Under the pieces are notes generated by a model that saw only the letters and a program-made list of their open reading frames with translations, searched no databases and was not told where the DNA came from. Source: Microthyrium microscopicum (lineage: Eukaryota). Taken from it: a stretch of 64,000 bases of DNA. How positions within the stretch are numbered: the first letter of the stretch is position 1; every line of letters begins with the position of its first letter. Positions 28,404 to 40,542 of this stretch are shown in pieces. The position numbers and the translations under genes were made by a program. The stretch is taken from assembly GCA_010405405.1 (NCBI GenBank), contig MU004233.1:313067-377066 (forward strand). The letters are read 5' to 3'.

Positions 28404-30164
28404 GTAGATCTATAATAGTAATACTAAAATATAAAGAAAAGGTATTATTTATAGTATTAATATAAATATACTTATTTATATTAGTTTAAACCTAAGTATA
28501 ATAAAAGAATTTACTTATATCTAAATAGCTTTTATAACGTCCTTATTAATAACGTAAACTATTTTTTTAATATAAAGGAGCTAACTTATATTATACTTAC
28601 TTAGATTATTATTATAGATTTACTAATAAAATATATAGACCTTTAATATATTATAATACTTTATAAGAAAGTCTTTAATAATACCCTTCTTATAAAGAAT
28701 AACCTAAAAAATAGTTAATAATAATTAGATTTAAATTAAATTAATTAAAAATAACTTACTTAAACCTTAAAGGCTAATATATAGTCCTTATAAGCTATAT
28801 AGTACTAATTTTTTAGATTAGTATATAAAAAGATTTTAATATATACTTTAGTATATTACTAATATAAATTAAGTATAAGAAACTATTTAATAATTAACTT
28901 AGTCTTATTCTTATATAAAATAGACTTATTTACGTTAAATAGTTCTATTTTATTATTATTAAAGTTATATAAAAAACGTTTATTACTTAATTAACTATAA
29001 TTAATTAATATATTATAAATAAGAAAGGTCTAGTATAATTTAAACTAAGTCTAAGCCTTATTAGTACGTATAATATTATTAAGACGTATTTACTTTATAT
29101 TAAGCTAAAAAAGTTTAGACTTATTATTATAGTTATACTTAGAAGCCTTTTTCTTCTTTTTAGTCTAAGTAGTATTCTTTTTAACTTCCTTAAATTTAAA
29201 AGACTTTAAAGAGAAGTAGCCTAAACTTAATAGCTTAATATAGTTATTATTAGTATTAATTTTAGTACTATTAATAAATTTAACTTAATTAGTTACTTTT
29301 TTAGTAGTATTAGTATTAGTAGAATTAGCTAGTTTTATAACGCTAATAATTAAAGTCTTTAATAAAGTAATAGTATTTTTAGAAACTTTAAAGGTATTAA
29401 ATAAAGATAAATTAGATCTATTTAGAGCCTTATTAGCTCCTACTTTATTCTTTATAGTAGCTATTAAAAAGAATAAATATAAAAGAGTATAAAGTATACT
29501 AAGTAGATTTATAAAGAAGCTATTAGTAGAATATTAAGACTACTAGCTAGGACTTATTTTTATACTATAGCTTTATTTATAAAGGTTAGCTTTACTTAAT
29601 TAGTTAAGGTTTATTTAGGTATATACTTTAATTTTATAAAAGTAAGATAAAAAAAAATTAGAAAAAGTATATAATTATAAGATTAAATATACCTTATTTA
29701 ATATTCTTCTACTTAATTAGGTTAGTAAAGGATAAATATTTACTTTATTAAGTACTTTTTATTAAGAAAAGCTTTAATATTAATTTTTACTATAGGTAAA
29801 GGTTCTAAAAAGAAAAGTTGCCTTTAATAAATAATAACCTATAAATTAGGTAGGCTTAAAGTAATAATCTAAAGAAACTTAAAAATGCTTAAGTCTTTAA
29901 TAAACCTAGATAAACCTAAATAAGTACTTAATAATAATATTTAGCTTTATAAATTATTATTTAAGGAGTATTCCTTTAAGTAATATTTAAAACTAATAAT
30001 AAGTTTACTAAGATTTACTAAGATTATTATCTAGCTAACTAAATAGTAACTAAGTAGTTTATACTATTATAATATAATATACTTTAAAGTATATTAATAC
30101 TATTAGAACGTAGTTAACCCTTTAGAGACCTATAAGAACATTTAGGTTCTTATTAAGGAAATAA

Positions 30165-30524
30165 TATTAAGAATTAAACTTAATAAACTTTCTAAGATAG
30201 GTATTATAGCCTAAGTACCTTAGTCTAATAGCTATTAAAAGCTAGCAAAGCTACTTCTTTAGCTTTATTATATTCTATAGTTAAAAAAACTAATAGGTTC
30301 CTAACTATTATAATTAGTAGCTAAGTATACCTTTAAGGTAGCTTAGCTTATAGATAGACTACTCTAGCTTAGAGAAGAACCTTAAAGGTTCTTGAGTAAT
30401 AAGATAGAGGCTAAGGAATCCCTTTATAGTTCCTTAGTAATTACTCTTATCCTTATTTTTATATATCTAATCTATTAAGTGTCTTATAACCTTCTTACCT
30501 ACTCTATAACCCTAATTTCTAATA
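30165..30524 (+). repeat. 3' LTR of element A (360 bp)
   Basis: Reverse complement of B's LTRs, same length, preceded by the purine-rich aaggaaataa. Confidence 0.92.
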
Positions 30525-33500
30525 ATTAGCTAGAATTACTAGTACGTAAAAAAGAACTTTATAATGTTTCTATATCGTTTCTATTCTATCTACTCTTAGA
30601 ACTAGTAGACCTTAATAGTAAAGTTATATTACTTACTAGTATAAAGCTTTTATTTATATAGGCATTATATAGAGTTAGACTAGAGGTAAGGAAATAAATA
30701 TTAGTAGTTCTTTAGGATAATCCTAATAATTCTACTACTCTTTAGCAATATTATATATTAATATCTAATAATAAGCATCTAGACTAATATATTAAGTTTA
30801 TAGAAGAAGATTAATTCTTTAAATAACTATATACTATATTAGTAATTAATTAAACTATAGTATTACGTTACTAGTCTATTTAAAAACTTTAAGATTAGCT
30901 AGTAGAAGAACTTATAAATACTAATATAGAAGTAAGTTAATTAAGTAAATTAGTAAAAGTGCTATAGAAAGAGGTAGCTACTTATTAATAGATAATAATA
31001 GATTTTAAAGCGCTTACTAGCTAAATTTACTATAACTATAAGTTAGTACTAACTACTACTTATTTAAATAAATAAGTAGCTCTTACTAAATTAGTAAAGA
31101 AGCATAATACTAATTTATAATATTATAAGTTAGTTATTAACTTTTGCTACTAAGTCTAAGAACTTAAAGATAGACTTTAAATAAATTTAAACTAAGCCTA
31201 CGTTAATCTAAATAATTTAGAGAATAATATCTTCTTAGGTTATTTTATACTATAAGTAATATATCTAGTAGTTTTATACTTATAACTTTAAGCTTAAGAA
31301 ATACGCTATATCTTACTATTATTAGTAGCTAATAATACCTCCTTAGTAATACTTATAAAGTTTAAAGAACCTAGTAATTTTAAAGGTAAACCTACGTACT
31401 ATAAATAGTAGAAGAAGAAGATATTAAATATACTTCTTAATAAGAATATATACTTATATATCTCTATTAAAAAGAAGAAGATTAAGTTTATCTATATCTA
31501 TTATACTAGCCCTACTTATAGTATTATAATTATATATAAAGATTATAAGTTAAAGAACTCTTATAGTACTATAGAAAAGATATAGGTAGACCTAGATAGT
31601 TATTACTACTCTAAGAACGCTTTTAAAAATACTAAAGTATAGTTAAAGTCCTTAAATACTAAGATAAAAGATATAAAAGGTTTTTAAACCTTTATTAGCT
31701 ACTTCTTAATAAATTTAGTAAATATAGAACTATCTAAGTATAAAAAGATTATTAAATTATAAGATCTTATTAACTATAAGTTTATAAACCTACTAGTAGG
31801 CTAGTATTTTAGTAGTTTTACTATATTTTATACTTAACTTTACTTAGTTACGTACTAAATTAATTATAAACTTACTACTATAAATAATATCTCTTATAGC
31901 TATAATAATAATTAGTCTACTAATAAAGAGGCCTAAAATAATAAAATTAATAACGTTAACTATTCTATAGACATCTTTAATACTTTAAAAATAGATAAAT
32001 ATTACGTCTATTATAAATAAAAAAGTTACTACTACTTTAATAAGATTTTACTATATAAAGATTAAGAACTCTTATTTAATAATAAGATTAAAGCCTTAGT
32101 TATACCTTTAGTAATAATATTTATAAAAGTTTAAAAAAAATAATAACCCTTTATAGAGGATACTACTAAGAATAATAATTATTAGTCTTTAAACTAGTTG
32201 CTTCTTTACTAAGCTATAAGGAGGAGCTAAATAAGACTAAAGCGTATAATAAAAGAAAGAAATATACCTTTAATACTAATACTAAGTATATAAAAGATAT
32301 ATTTTATTAATATAATAAAGAGTAGTACTAAAATATTAAGAAAGCTAAAGAAATATTCTATTAGGCTAAAGAAGATTATAAGAATATTAAAAAGAAGATA
32401 TAAGAGAAGACTAAGAAGCTATTTAGCTACTTTTATTAGTATATTTAGCGCCTTAAGTATAAAGATACTATTTATAAAAGATAAGTCTTACTAATATATT
32501 TATATACTATCTATATCTTACTAGCCTCTATTATACTAGTAGTATAGCCTTAGAATATTAAAAAGAAAGATTCTATTATTAGATTATAATAAATTACTAT
32601 TAGCTTAGTATTTATACTATAGCGTTTAACCTACTCTAACGCTAGTATTTTAATTAATACTAGTAGTAGCATAATAGGAATTATTAACTCTTATTATCTT
32701 TAGTAATATAGTATTTCTACTTTTTAACTTATATATTTATACTTAGTAATACTTACTAATAGTAAATTAATATTTATAATTAATAAAGCTACTATTCTTA
32801 ATTTACGTATTAAATACTATATTAAGTAAATTAGCTATTTTATTATAAAAGTAGCTTCTTATAACCTAATCTTAGGAGTATCTTAGCTAGATTAATATAA
32901 AGTTAACCTATATAGAGAATTAAGAATATTAACCTTCTATAGTATAAGATATATTATAAATTATATTATATTATAACGCTTAATTATTATAGACCTAAAA
33001 GGATAATCTATAAACTTAGAATTACCTAAAAAATTAAATATTACTTTTATATCTATAGTAGTATTTAAGAAACTAATAAAGTATAAAGATACTATAGTTA
33101 ATATATTCTAGTTTAAAGATTTTAATAATAAAAAAGAAAAGAAACTTCTTAATAGTAATAAAGATAATAATAATAGGTTTATTATAAACCTTACTATATA
33201 TACTATATTAGAGAAGGATTATTTTAAATAGTAAGATAAGTAAGATTACTCTTATTTATTAAAAAAGAAAATCTTAAAGCTTATTCTAGAACGTTTCTAC
33301 TAATATTTTAAAGTCTTTAATCTAAAGCGTTTAGATATCTTTATACTTTACTATAGTAAATATAACTATGTTATTAATCTTATCTTTAATGCTAAAATTC
33401 TAAAACGCTAACCTATATTAATATTACTAAAGTAAGCCTTAGTTATTAAATAATATATTAAAAGCCTATTTTAGTAAGGCTTTACTATAAGTTTAAAATC

Positions 33501-36500
33501 TTAGTATACTATATTTATACTTTATATAAGTAAACTAGAAGGAGGTATCTACGTCTATATTAATTACTATAAGCTAAATAATATTACTATTAAAAATAGT
33601 AACGTTCTTTTACTTATTAGTAAGATACTTATATGCTTTATAAAGGTAAAATATTACTCTAAGTTTAATATTATTACTACCTTTAAACGAATCTATATTA
33701 AACTTAAAGATAAATATAAAATAGTATTCTTAATGTACTATAGTCTATTTAAGTTTAAAGTATTACTCTTTAACTTTATAAAGAGACTAAGAATATTCTA
33801 AGCGTATATTAACTATATACTAATATAGTTTTTAGATAATTTTATAACTATCTATTTAGATAATATTCTAATATTTAGTAAAATACTAAAAAAATATAAC
33901 GTCTATATATACTTAGTACTAAACGCCTTAGAACGTATAAGCTTATTCCTTAATATTAAGAAGTTAGAGTTTATTATTTAAGAAGTAAAATACTTTAGTC
34001 TAATTATTACTATAAAAGGCATTAAGATAGACTTCTTAAAAGTTAATACTATAATTAATTAGAAATAACTAAGTTATCTTAAAGATATATAAACGTTTCT
34101 TAAATTTACTAACTTTTATTAATAATTTATCTTTAATTACTCTACTATAGTAGTATTATTAATAAATCTTACTTAAAAGGATACTCTAGCTATATTCTCT
34201 TAGGACTCTAATAGGCCTAAGGAATAAGCTTTTAAGAAGCTAAAAGTAGATTTTACTAATATACTAATTCTATAATACTTTAATTATATTAAAGAAACTT
34301 AAATAGAGATAAACGTATTAAATTAGGCTTACGCTACTATATTATTATAAAAAAATATAAATAGTAATTTAAGATTAGTTACCTTCTTCTCTAAGAAAAT
34401 ATTACTAATAAAATATAATTATAATATTTATAATAAAGAATTACTTACTATTATCTACGTCTTTAAGGAGTAGAAACCTAAGTTATTTAGTACTAAAGAT
34501 ATTATAAAAGTATTCTTAAACTACTAAAATCTTTAAACCTTTATAAAAACTAAGAAGCTTATATACTATTAAATATACTAGGCTAAATTCCTATTATAAT
34601 TCTACTTTTTAATTAAATACTACTCTAGTAAAAATAATAATAAAGCTAATGCTTTAACTTAAAGATTATAAGACGTACTTTAAAGTAATAAAGACTTATA
34701 AGTTAAGTAATAGTATTAATTACTTTTATTTCTATATTAATTTAGTACTAAATAAGCTATTAAGCTAGTTATAATTCTTATTAACTTAATTACTTTATCT
34801 TTTATATAGATAGCTATATTTATATTAAATAAATTAGATATTACTATAGTAGAGAAGTCTAATTTAGAACTTATTATAAAGAGCTCTTAAAATAAAGCTC
34901 TAGCTAGTTTAAATAATTTGCTACTAGTTAATACTAAATCTCTAAATTTTAACCTAAAGTAATTTATATAAAAAGTAATAAAAGTAAGTAAGAAAGATAA
35001 GTTACTAATTATAATTTAACTAGTAAAGGTATAGAAAGACTACTTCTTACTCTTTAGTATACTAAATTAGGATTAAATTAAGTTAATAGATTATAAAGCT
35101 CTACTAAATAGTACTATTCTCTATTAATAAAAGCTATTTATACTAATAATATATTTATAAAATAAAGTAATAAAATAAGTATATTAATATAAAGTTATAG
35201 GTTATAAAGAAACTATAATAACCTACTACTACTTTTAATAAAATTATTAGTAGCTAAGAATATTAGAATATATTAAGAAATATATTAAAAGTTATTATTA
35301 TATCTTTTTAAAACTAGTACGCTAAAAGAAGTAAGGGCTTCTTTACTTATTTCCTCTACTAGATTAGGCTTAGTCTAATATCTTTATAAACTTTATTATC
35401 TTATTACTACGCTATATCTATTAGAGTATAGTTTACTAGTATATTATAGTTATTATTAATTATTTAATATAATTATAATAATTTATTATCTTTCTAAGTC
35501 TTTTAGTAAAAATAATAATTATAGTATTTATTAATTAAGTATAGAAGCTATATAGTTAGCTAGACTCTATTCTTTTAAATTAAGAAACTTAATTTATATT
35601 TATTTTTTAGGGTTACTTATATAAATATATAGGTATTATATTAAAATTAAGTACTATATAGTATTTAGAGTCTAATAGTATTACTAAAATAACTATTACT
35701 ATCTTAAAATAGTATTTTAGATTTTTTATTAATTAGGATTAAAATAATTAGGTAGCTTTATTACTATTTACTAAATTTATAGTAAATTCTACTATAAGTA
35801 CTACTACTAGCTTTATACCTTTTAAGGTATAAAATAGTTTTCTATTAAAATTAAAACTTAAGTCTATTTACTATTTACTATCTAAAACGTTATATACTTT
35901 TATTATAATATATAAAGAAGTTATTACTACTAATTAAGTATAAAATAGTTAAGAGAAGCTTTATAAGTTCTTAAAGAAGTAATTAGTATAGGCTTAAGCT
36001 TAATAAAAGCTTTATATTAATAAGTATTAGAATTTAGTACTAGATTTCTATCCTAAGGACTAGGTATAACTTAATATTTAAAATTATAATATAACTTACT
36101 CTTTAAAAATACTTAATAATAAAAGTATTAGTCTTTTTAAAGTATTACGTAAAATTAATAAAGTAACTTATAAATTAGATTTTTCTAAATTAATAAAGAT
36201 ATATCTAGTATTCTATATCTAGCTATTATATCTAATTAATAATAATATATATCTATTATAGGAATTAAACCTACTCTTAGTAGTTATAAGTAAAAAAAAA
36301 GATAAAGAAGAATAGCTTATTAATACTATTATTAATAGTAAATAGAATAATAGAAGTAAAAATAAAGTACTTAAATATAAAATTAAATAAATAAGATTTT
36401 ATAATAAAACTTAGTAGCCCTAGAAAGATATTATTAATATACTTAATATTATATTAGAATTCTATAGGCTTTATTCTTAGAAGTCTAGTTTATATTCTTC

Positions 36501-37068
36501 TTAATTTCTACTAGTAAATAAAGTTAAAGAAAAAGATTATAATACTAATAAACTACTTATAGATTAGAATTATATAATATAAAAAGTATTATATTTATTT
36601 ATTTTTACTAATAGCTTTATACTCCTAGTTTAGTTTTTAATTTATATTACTAAAGAAATTATAGAATACTATAAACTAGCTTAAATAAATATTCTCTTCT
36701 TTATTAAATAGATTTAGATAGTACTAAGGTAAGTTAATAGTATATTACTATATCTCTTAGTAGTAATATATATAAAGAAGTTTTATATTTATATAGACTA
36801 GTTTAGCCTAGTCTAGATTAGCTTAGACTAAACTAGAATAAATTAGATTAGAATATAGCTTATAAGGTCTATTTTAGAAAGAAAGAGTTATATAAGAAAT
36901 TCTTATAGATTTAGTATTATAGTATTTAGATATAGAGATCTAATTTTATAAATAAAATCTTTTTATTCTATTTAAAATTAGTATATCTAAGAATTCTCTA
37001 GACTCTATATTTTTATATCTATAGCTATATTTCTAAATCTCTTCTCTTTATACTTAGATCCTATAATA
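30525..37068 (+). mobile_element. Element E: RIP-degraded Ty3/Gypsy chromovirus (gag-pol and probable 3' LTR); probable host of element A
   Basis: Gag remnant at ~31000-32190, protease LIDTG at ~32650, RT at ~33350-34100 (KPGGGIRVC.DYRKLN, YLDDILIFS), RNaseH (NY.IYDKELL), integrase at ~35200-36200, chromodomain at ~36300-36490. Polypurine run at ~36876-36887, then a candidate LTR at ~36891-37068. The partner LTR is not in the window. Confidence 0.82.
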
Positions 37069-38247
37069 CTAGCTACTTTCTACTTACTTATTATACTTAT
37101 TAGCTCCTTATACTACTATATAATAATTATAATTTCTTAGCTAATATTTCTAAGCCTAGATAAAATTATGCTTATTTTATAATACTTAGCTACCTAGAGT
37201 ACTATAGCGTACAATAGAAGGTAGAGAAAATAATATTTACTACTATTTCTATAGTATTTTTTAAAAAGGTACTTTTTCTAGTATTCTTTATAGATATAAT
37301 ATTAAATTTTAGTATTATGTCTAACTAATAAGACTATTTTATCTAAAAAATTATATTATAGCTATTTAGCAGAATTAAAAAATTAGCCTAAATAGGTAAT
37401 TTTCTAGTTCTAAAGAGATTATTACTATATAATTTTACTATTTATAAGCAAGAAACTTAGGATATCTAAGATTATTTTTTATTACGGTATTTTACTTTAC
37501 GTTTTTAGCTAGGCTCGTATTTTACTTATGAGTAAGATTTAGTATACAGACTTCTACTAGTTTTACTAATACTAAATATAAAATTTTGTAACTTTGGTAT
37601 ATATAGACTACCTTAACTTTTGTTTTCTTATTCTTGCTTACTACTACTTTTGCTCCTTCTTAGTTTCTTATCGTGATCCTTCCTAGCTATTAAGACACTC
37701 TCTTACTAGACACTGTTAAGATATAATCTTATTTTAAGACATATTGGCTCTGTTAACCAGTATTTTGGACTTGATGTCGCCAAAATGTCTATTATAAAGC
37801 AACTCGACATTATTCCCTCTACACCCCCTCCCACGCTATGGTAGATATAAACAATTCAGCGTTGAGCACTGCACCATATTTCAGTTCCGATCTACAGTCA
37901 CAGTTAAATTCTCTCCTGGTGTACGTTGTAAAGCCATCTGTCCTGCAGTTGTATCGACTTTCCTTAGACAGTTTACTGCATACAATACGGATAAATGCCA
38001 TAGGCGGAGTGGGCGGCCGAGGCGGAGTAAGCGGCCGCCGCTAGACATATATCATGCATATTGAGGTATCTGAAATGTTCTCTAAGCAGTCTTTCCAAGT
38101 GATCAAAGTCATTTTACGGCAGTATAAATGCAATGAGTATCTTTCGCCAACCATGTCTGGAGAAAAAGATCTTTCAATCAGTCCGGACCATCAATTCCAA
38201 ACAATATTCTTATCATCACTTAATATTTCCTCCACAACAACACAATA

Positions 38248-38982
38248 ATGAAAGCTCCACGCAAAGTACTCATTTCCATGACAAGCCATAGTGCTCCCTT
38301 CTACCCTGATGGTCGCGTCAACGGGGCTTTCTACACCGAAGTCGCCCATCCATATCATGCACTCATCAAGGCCGGATTCGAAGTCGACCTTGCAAGCGAA
38401 ACAGGCTCTTTTGTCATCGATACATACTCGCTCAGTGATGAGTTCCTTACCGAAGAAGACAGAACGGTCCTTAACGACCCCAGCCATGCCTTGACCGTGC
38501 TCTTGAAAACCGGCGTCCGAAAAGCTAGTGATCTGGACGTCAGTGACTACGGAATGTTCTTTGCGTCGGCAGGTTTCGCAACAGTTTACGATTATCCGAC
38601 GGCGCGTACACTCCAAAGTATTGCAGAAGACGTCTGGAAACGCGGAGGGGTTATCGCTGCAGTCTGTCACGGAGGCGCCATATTCCCAGGAGTTCACGAC
38701 TCAGACACTGGCAAATCGATTATCGCTGGAAAACAGGTGACGGGCTTCAGCACGGAGGGGGATCGTCTTGCAGGTGTACTTGACAAGATTCATGAAGACG
38801 GGGTCAAGACTACTGAGGAGAGTGCTGTGTTGGCTGGAGCAGATTATACTGCTCCACCAGAGCCATTTGGTCCATTCATGATAACTAGTGGGCGAATTGT
38901 CACAGGAGCTAATCCTGCGAGTGCTCATATCACTGCTGCTGCAGCCATTGAGGCATTCAACAAGATAGTGGAGGATGCTTAG
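38248..38982 (+). CDS. DJ-1/PfpI family glutathione-independent glyoxalase (Hsp31-like)
   Basis: 244-aa ORF with EVAHPY (conserved Glu), AVCHG nucleophile elbow (Cys-His) and RIVTGANPASA. Confidence 0.9.
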   Translation: MKAPRKVLISMTSHSAPFYPDGRVNGAFYTEVAHPYHALIKAGFEVDLASETGSFVIDTYSLSDEFLTEEDRTVLNDPSHALTVLLKTGVRKASDLDVSDYGMFFASAGFATVYDYPTARTLQSIAEDVWKRGGVIAAVCHGGAIFPGVHDSDTGKSIIAGKQVTGFSTEGDRLAGVLDKIHEDGVKTTEESAVLAGADYTAPPEPFGPFMITSGRIVTGANPASAHITAAAAIEAFNKIVEDA

Positions 38983-39034
38983 GGACTCGGAGCAAAGGAT
39001 CATGAATAGACTTGTTTGGGATTCAAATTAATGA

Positions 39035-40006
39035 CTAAGACTTGGCTATCAGATAAGAAAGAATGCTGTCTCTATGCTTCACAATAAGACTCATATGCCC
39101 TTCACCTTTCATCCTCCTATACTCTGCCTCAGGTAGTAGCTCAAAAGCCTTGTCAGGCATCCCAACCGGTACATTCACATCCACATCACCATGCCAAATC
39201 GTCAACCGACTCGCCTCCAGATCCTCCAGTCGAAAGCCCCATTCGGATCCCAGCAAATAGAATTCCCAAGCCGCCCCTCTACTCCCCAGCCTTAACGCCT
39301 CCTTAGACGACCCAATATATGCTCCAAACAGCACATCATCCTTCAGAACTTGCTCCATACAATCCTTGTCCGCCTGTGGCTGCGGTAATACCTTTGCTTG
39401 AGCTTTCATAGACTCCTTCAACTTTTCTTTTCCTAAATTGCGAAGTGCACTGCCCATGGACTTGTCGATCATTTTCTCAGCCAACCAGGTCGACATTCCT
39501 GCAACCGTGAATAAGGCTCTCGTTTGCCACATCATACCTGTGGTCCCAAGAGCCCGTGGATACATACCTGAGGCGACTGTCGCGGACAGCAGGCGCTCTC
39601 GTGGGAGCTCATGTAGGCAGGCAAGCACATACGGACCACCACCTGAGAGACCAAGAACGCTGAATTTTTCAATGTCGAGATGATTGGCAAGTTCGAGAAC
39701 ATCTTGCGGCCAGTTGAGCAGTGTTCGGTTCTCTTGGAAGCTGGAGGCGCCAAAGCCGGGGCGATCCGTTGCGATCAGTGGGATTCCCAGGGCCTGGGCT
39801 GGCCGGTCGAGGAGTTGGCATTCAAGGTGTGACCCAGGTGTACCGTTGAAGTACAAAATAGGATATGTTTTTGGATTTGCAGTCGCTCCGTATTTGGCGT
39901 AGGCGAGAGTTCTGCCATCTTTGAGAGTGAGAGTTTCAACTGGATGTTGGGCGGGGAAATCAGGGGTAGGTGATTGGGGTGATGCAGTTGCTGGTTCTGA
40001 CTCCAT
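39035..40006 (-). CDS. Alpha/beta-fold hydrolase
   Basis: 323 aa with LKDGRTLAY, DRPGFG, the GLSGGG (GxSxG) nucleophile, WHGDVD and the GEGH catalytic His. Confidence 0.88.
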   Translation of the reverse strand: MESEPATASPQSPTPDFPAQHPVETLTLKDGRTLAYAKYGATANPKTYPILYFNGTPGSHLECQLLDRPAQALGIPLIATDRPGFGASSFQENRTLLNWPQDVLELANHLDIEKFSVLGLSGGGPYVLACLHELPRERLLSATVASGMYPRALGTTGMMWQTRALFTVAGMSTWLAEKMIDKSMGSALRNLGKEKLKESMKAQAKVLPQPQADKDCMEQVLKDDVLFGAYIGSSKEALRLGSRGAAWEFYLLGSEWGFRLEDLEASRLTIWHGDVDVNVPVGMPDKAFELLPEAEYRRMKGEGHMSLIVKHRDSILSYLIAKS

Positions 40007-40285
40007 TGAAGCGGCTGAGCCTGGTCTTGCTAGAGATAAATCTCAAGGTCTATTCAATGCGGAGTCTTGGTTCCTACGTTTCGTGCGTATGTGTATAGGT
40101 AGGCTTCTGCTGATGCCTGATGAGTGATGATCACAAGAGGGCTGAGTTCTTAGCGGTTCCAACCCACTTTGATGGAAAAGCGCTCCTTACATGCCGAAGC
40201 CATGGTGTACAGGTACATTGCCAGTATTGATGAACTAGCGCTTATTATTTTTAGGCCTCGATTATCTTCTACAACTGCTTTCTCT

Positions 40286-40315
40286 ATCCGCGGGTCCAGA
40301 AAGAGACCCGCGGAT
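40286..40315. promoter_or_regulatory. Perfect 11-bp inverted repeat with TCCGCGGG in each arm; candidate Zn2Cys6 binding site in a divergent promoter
   Basis: atccgcgggtc-N8-gacccgcggat, between the divergently transcribed hydrolase and FAD oxidoreductase. Confidence 0.45.
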
Positions 40316-40542
40316 TTCATTCTCAGAACACGCAATTCGTTCCCTCCTAAGGGACCGTCCTCTACTATAGGAAGTGATGGAGGTTTTGATTACGTTCCAA
40401 ATTCTGGGGCTGGAAATCTTCCTAACTTTTCAACTATGGAGCGTTTTCTCATATAAAACCACAAATCCACCAGATGTTTGGAAGCATCACCATCTCTTCT
40501 CCACAGGCTTTTAACCTTAATTGCTTACCAGTCTTGCAAATC

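Larger units (their letters stand above)
13450..28417 (-). mobile_element. Element C: RIP-degraded Ty3/Gypsy element inserted in A, its 5' LTR split by element D
   Basis: LTR 13450-13651 (202 bp) and LTR 20661-20853 + 28409-28417 (193+9 = 202 bp). TSD gtaat at 13445-13449 and 28418-28422. Minus-strand RT at ~16500-17100 (de-RIP TFLTRYGLF..LVMPFG, VYLDDVLI), protease LIDTG at ~17870, chromodomain-like remnant at ~14000-14250. Confidence 0.9.
1..30524 (+). mobile_element. Element A: RIP-degraded Ty3/Gypsy chromovirus, 5' end outside window, present as 1-2977, 11683-13449 and 28418-30524
   Basis: RT remnant at ~560-1300 (de-RIP reads like LRLCVDYR.LN, KTAFRTRYG.FEY.VMPFGLTNAP, YLDDILIFS), then RNaseH/integrase to ~2970 and a chromodomain at ~12010-12170. 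The three pieces join collinearly with the reverse complement of element B. 3' LTR at 30165-30524. Confidence 0.9.
1..37700. repeat. AT-rich RIP-degraded transposon block (AT isochore)
   Basis: CpA/TpG are nearly absent and TpA is very abundant, while some CpG survives (acgt, gcgt). Repeat copies differ almost only by C>T/G>A transitions. The ORF track has no ORF before 37,819. This is the classic RIP signature. Confidence 0.97.

Noticed and set aside
36795..36860. Degenerate 5-bp (ctaga/ttaga) repeats in E's 3' region
   Set aside because: Short and RIP-scrambled, with no constant repeat-spacer structure; not CRISPR or telomeric.
1..37700. Centromere, organellar DNA or AT-rich contaminant
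   Set aside because: The block is explained by RIPed nuclear retrotransposons and grades into fungal genes. Centromere identity cannot be judged from sequence alone.
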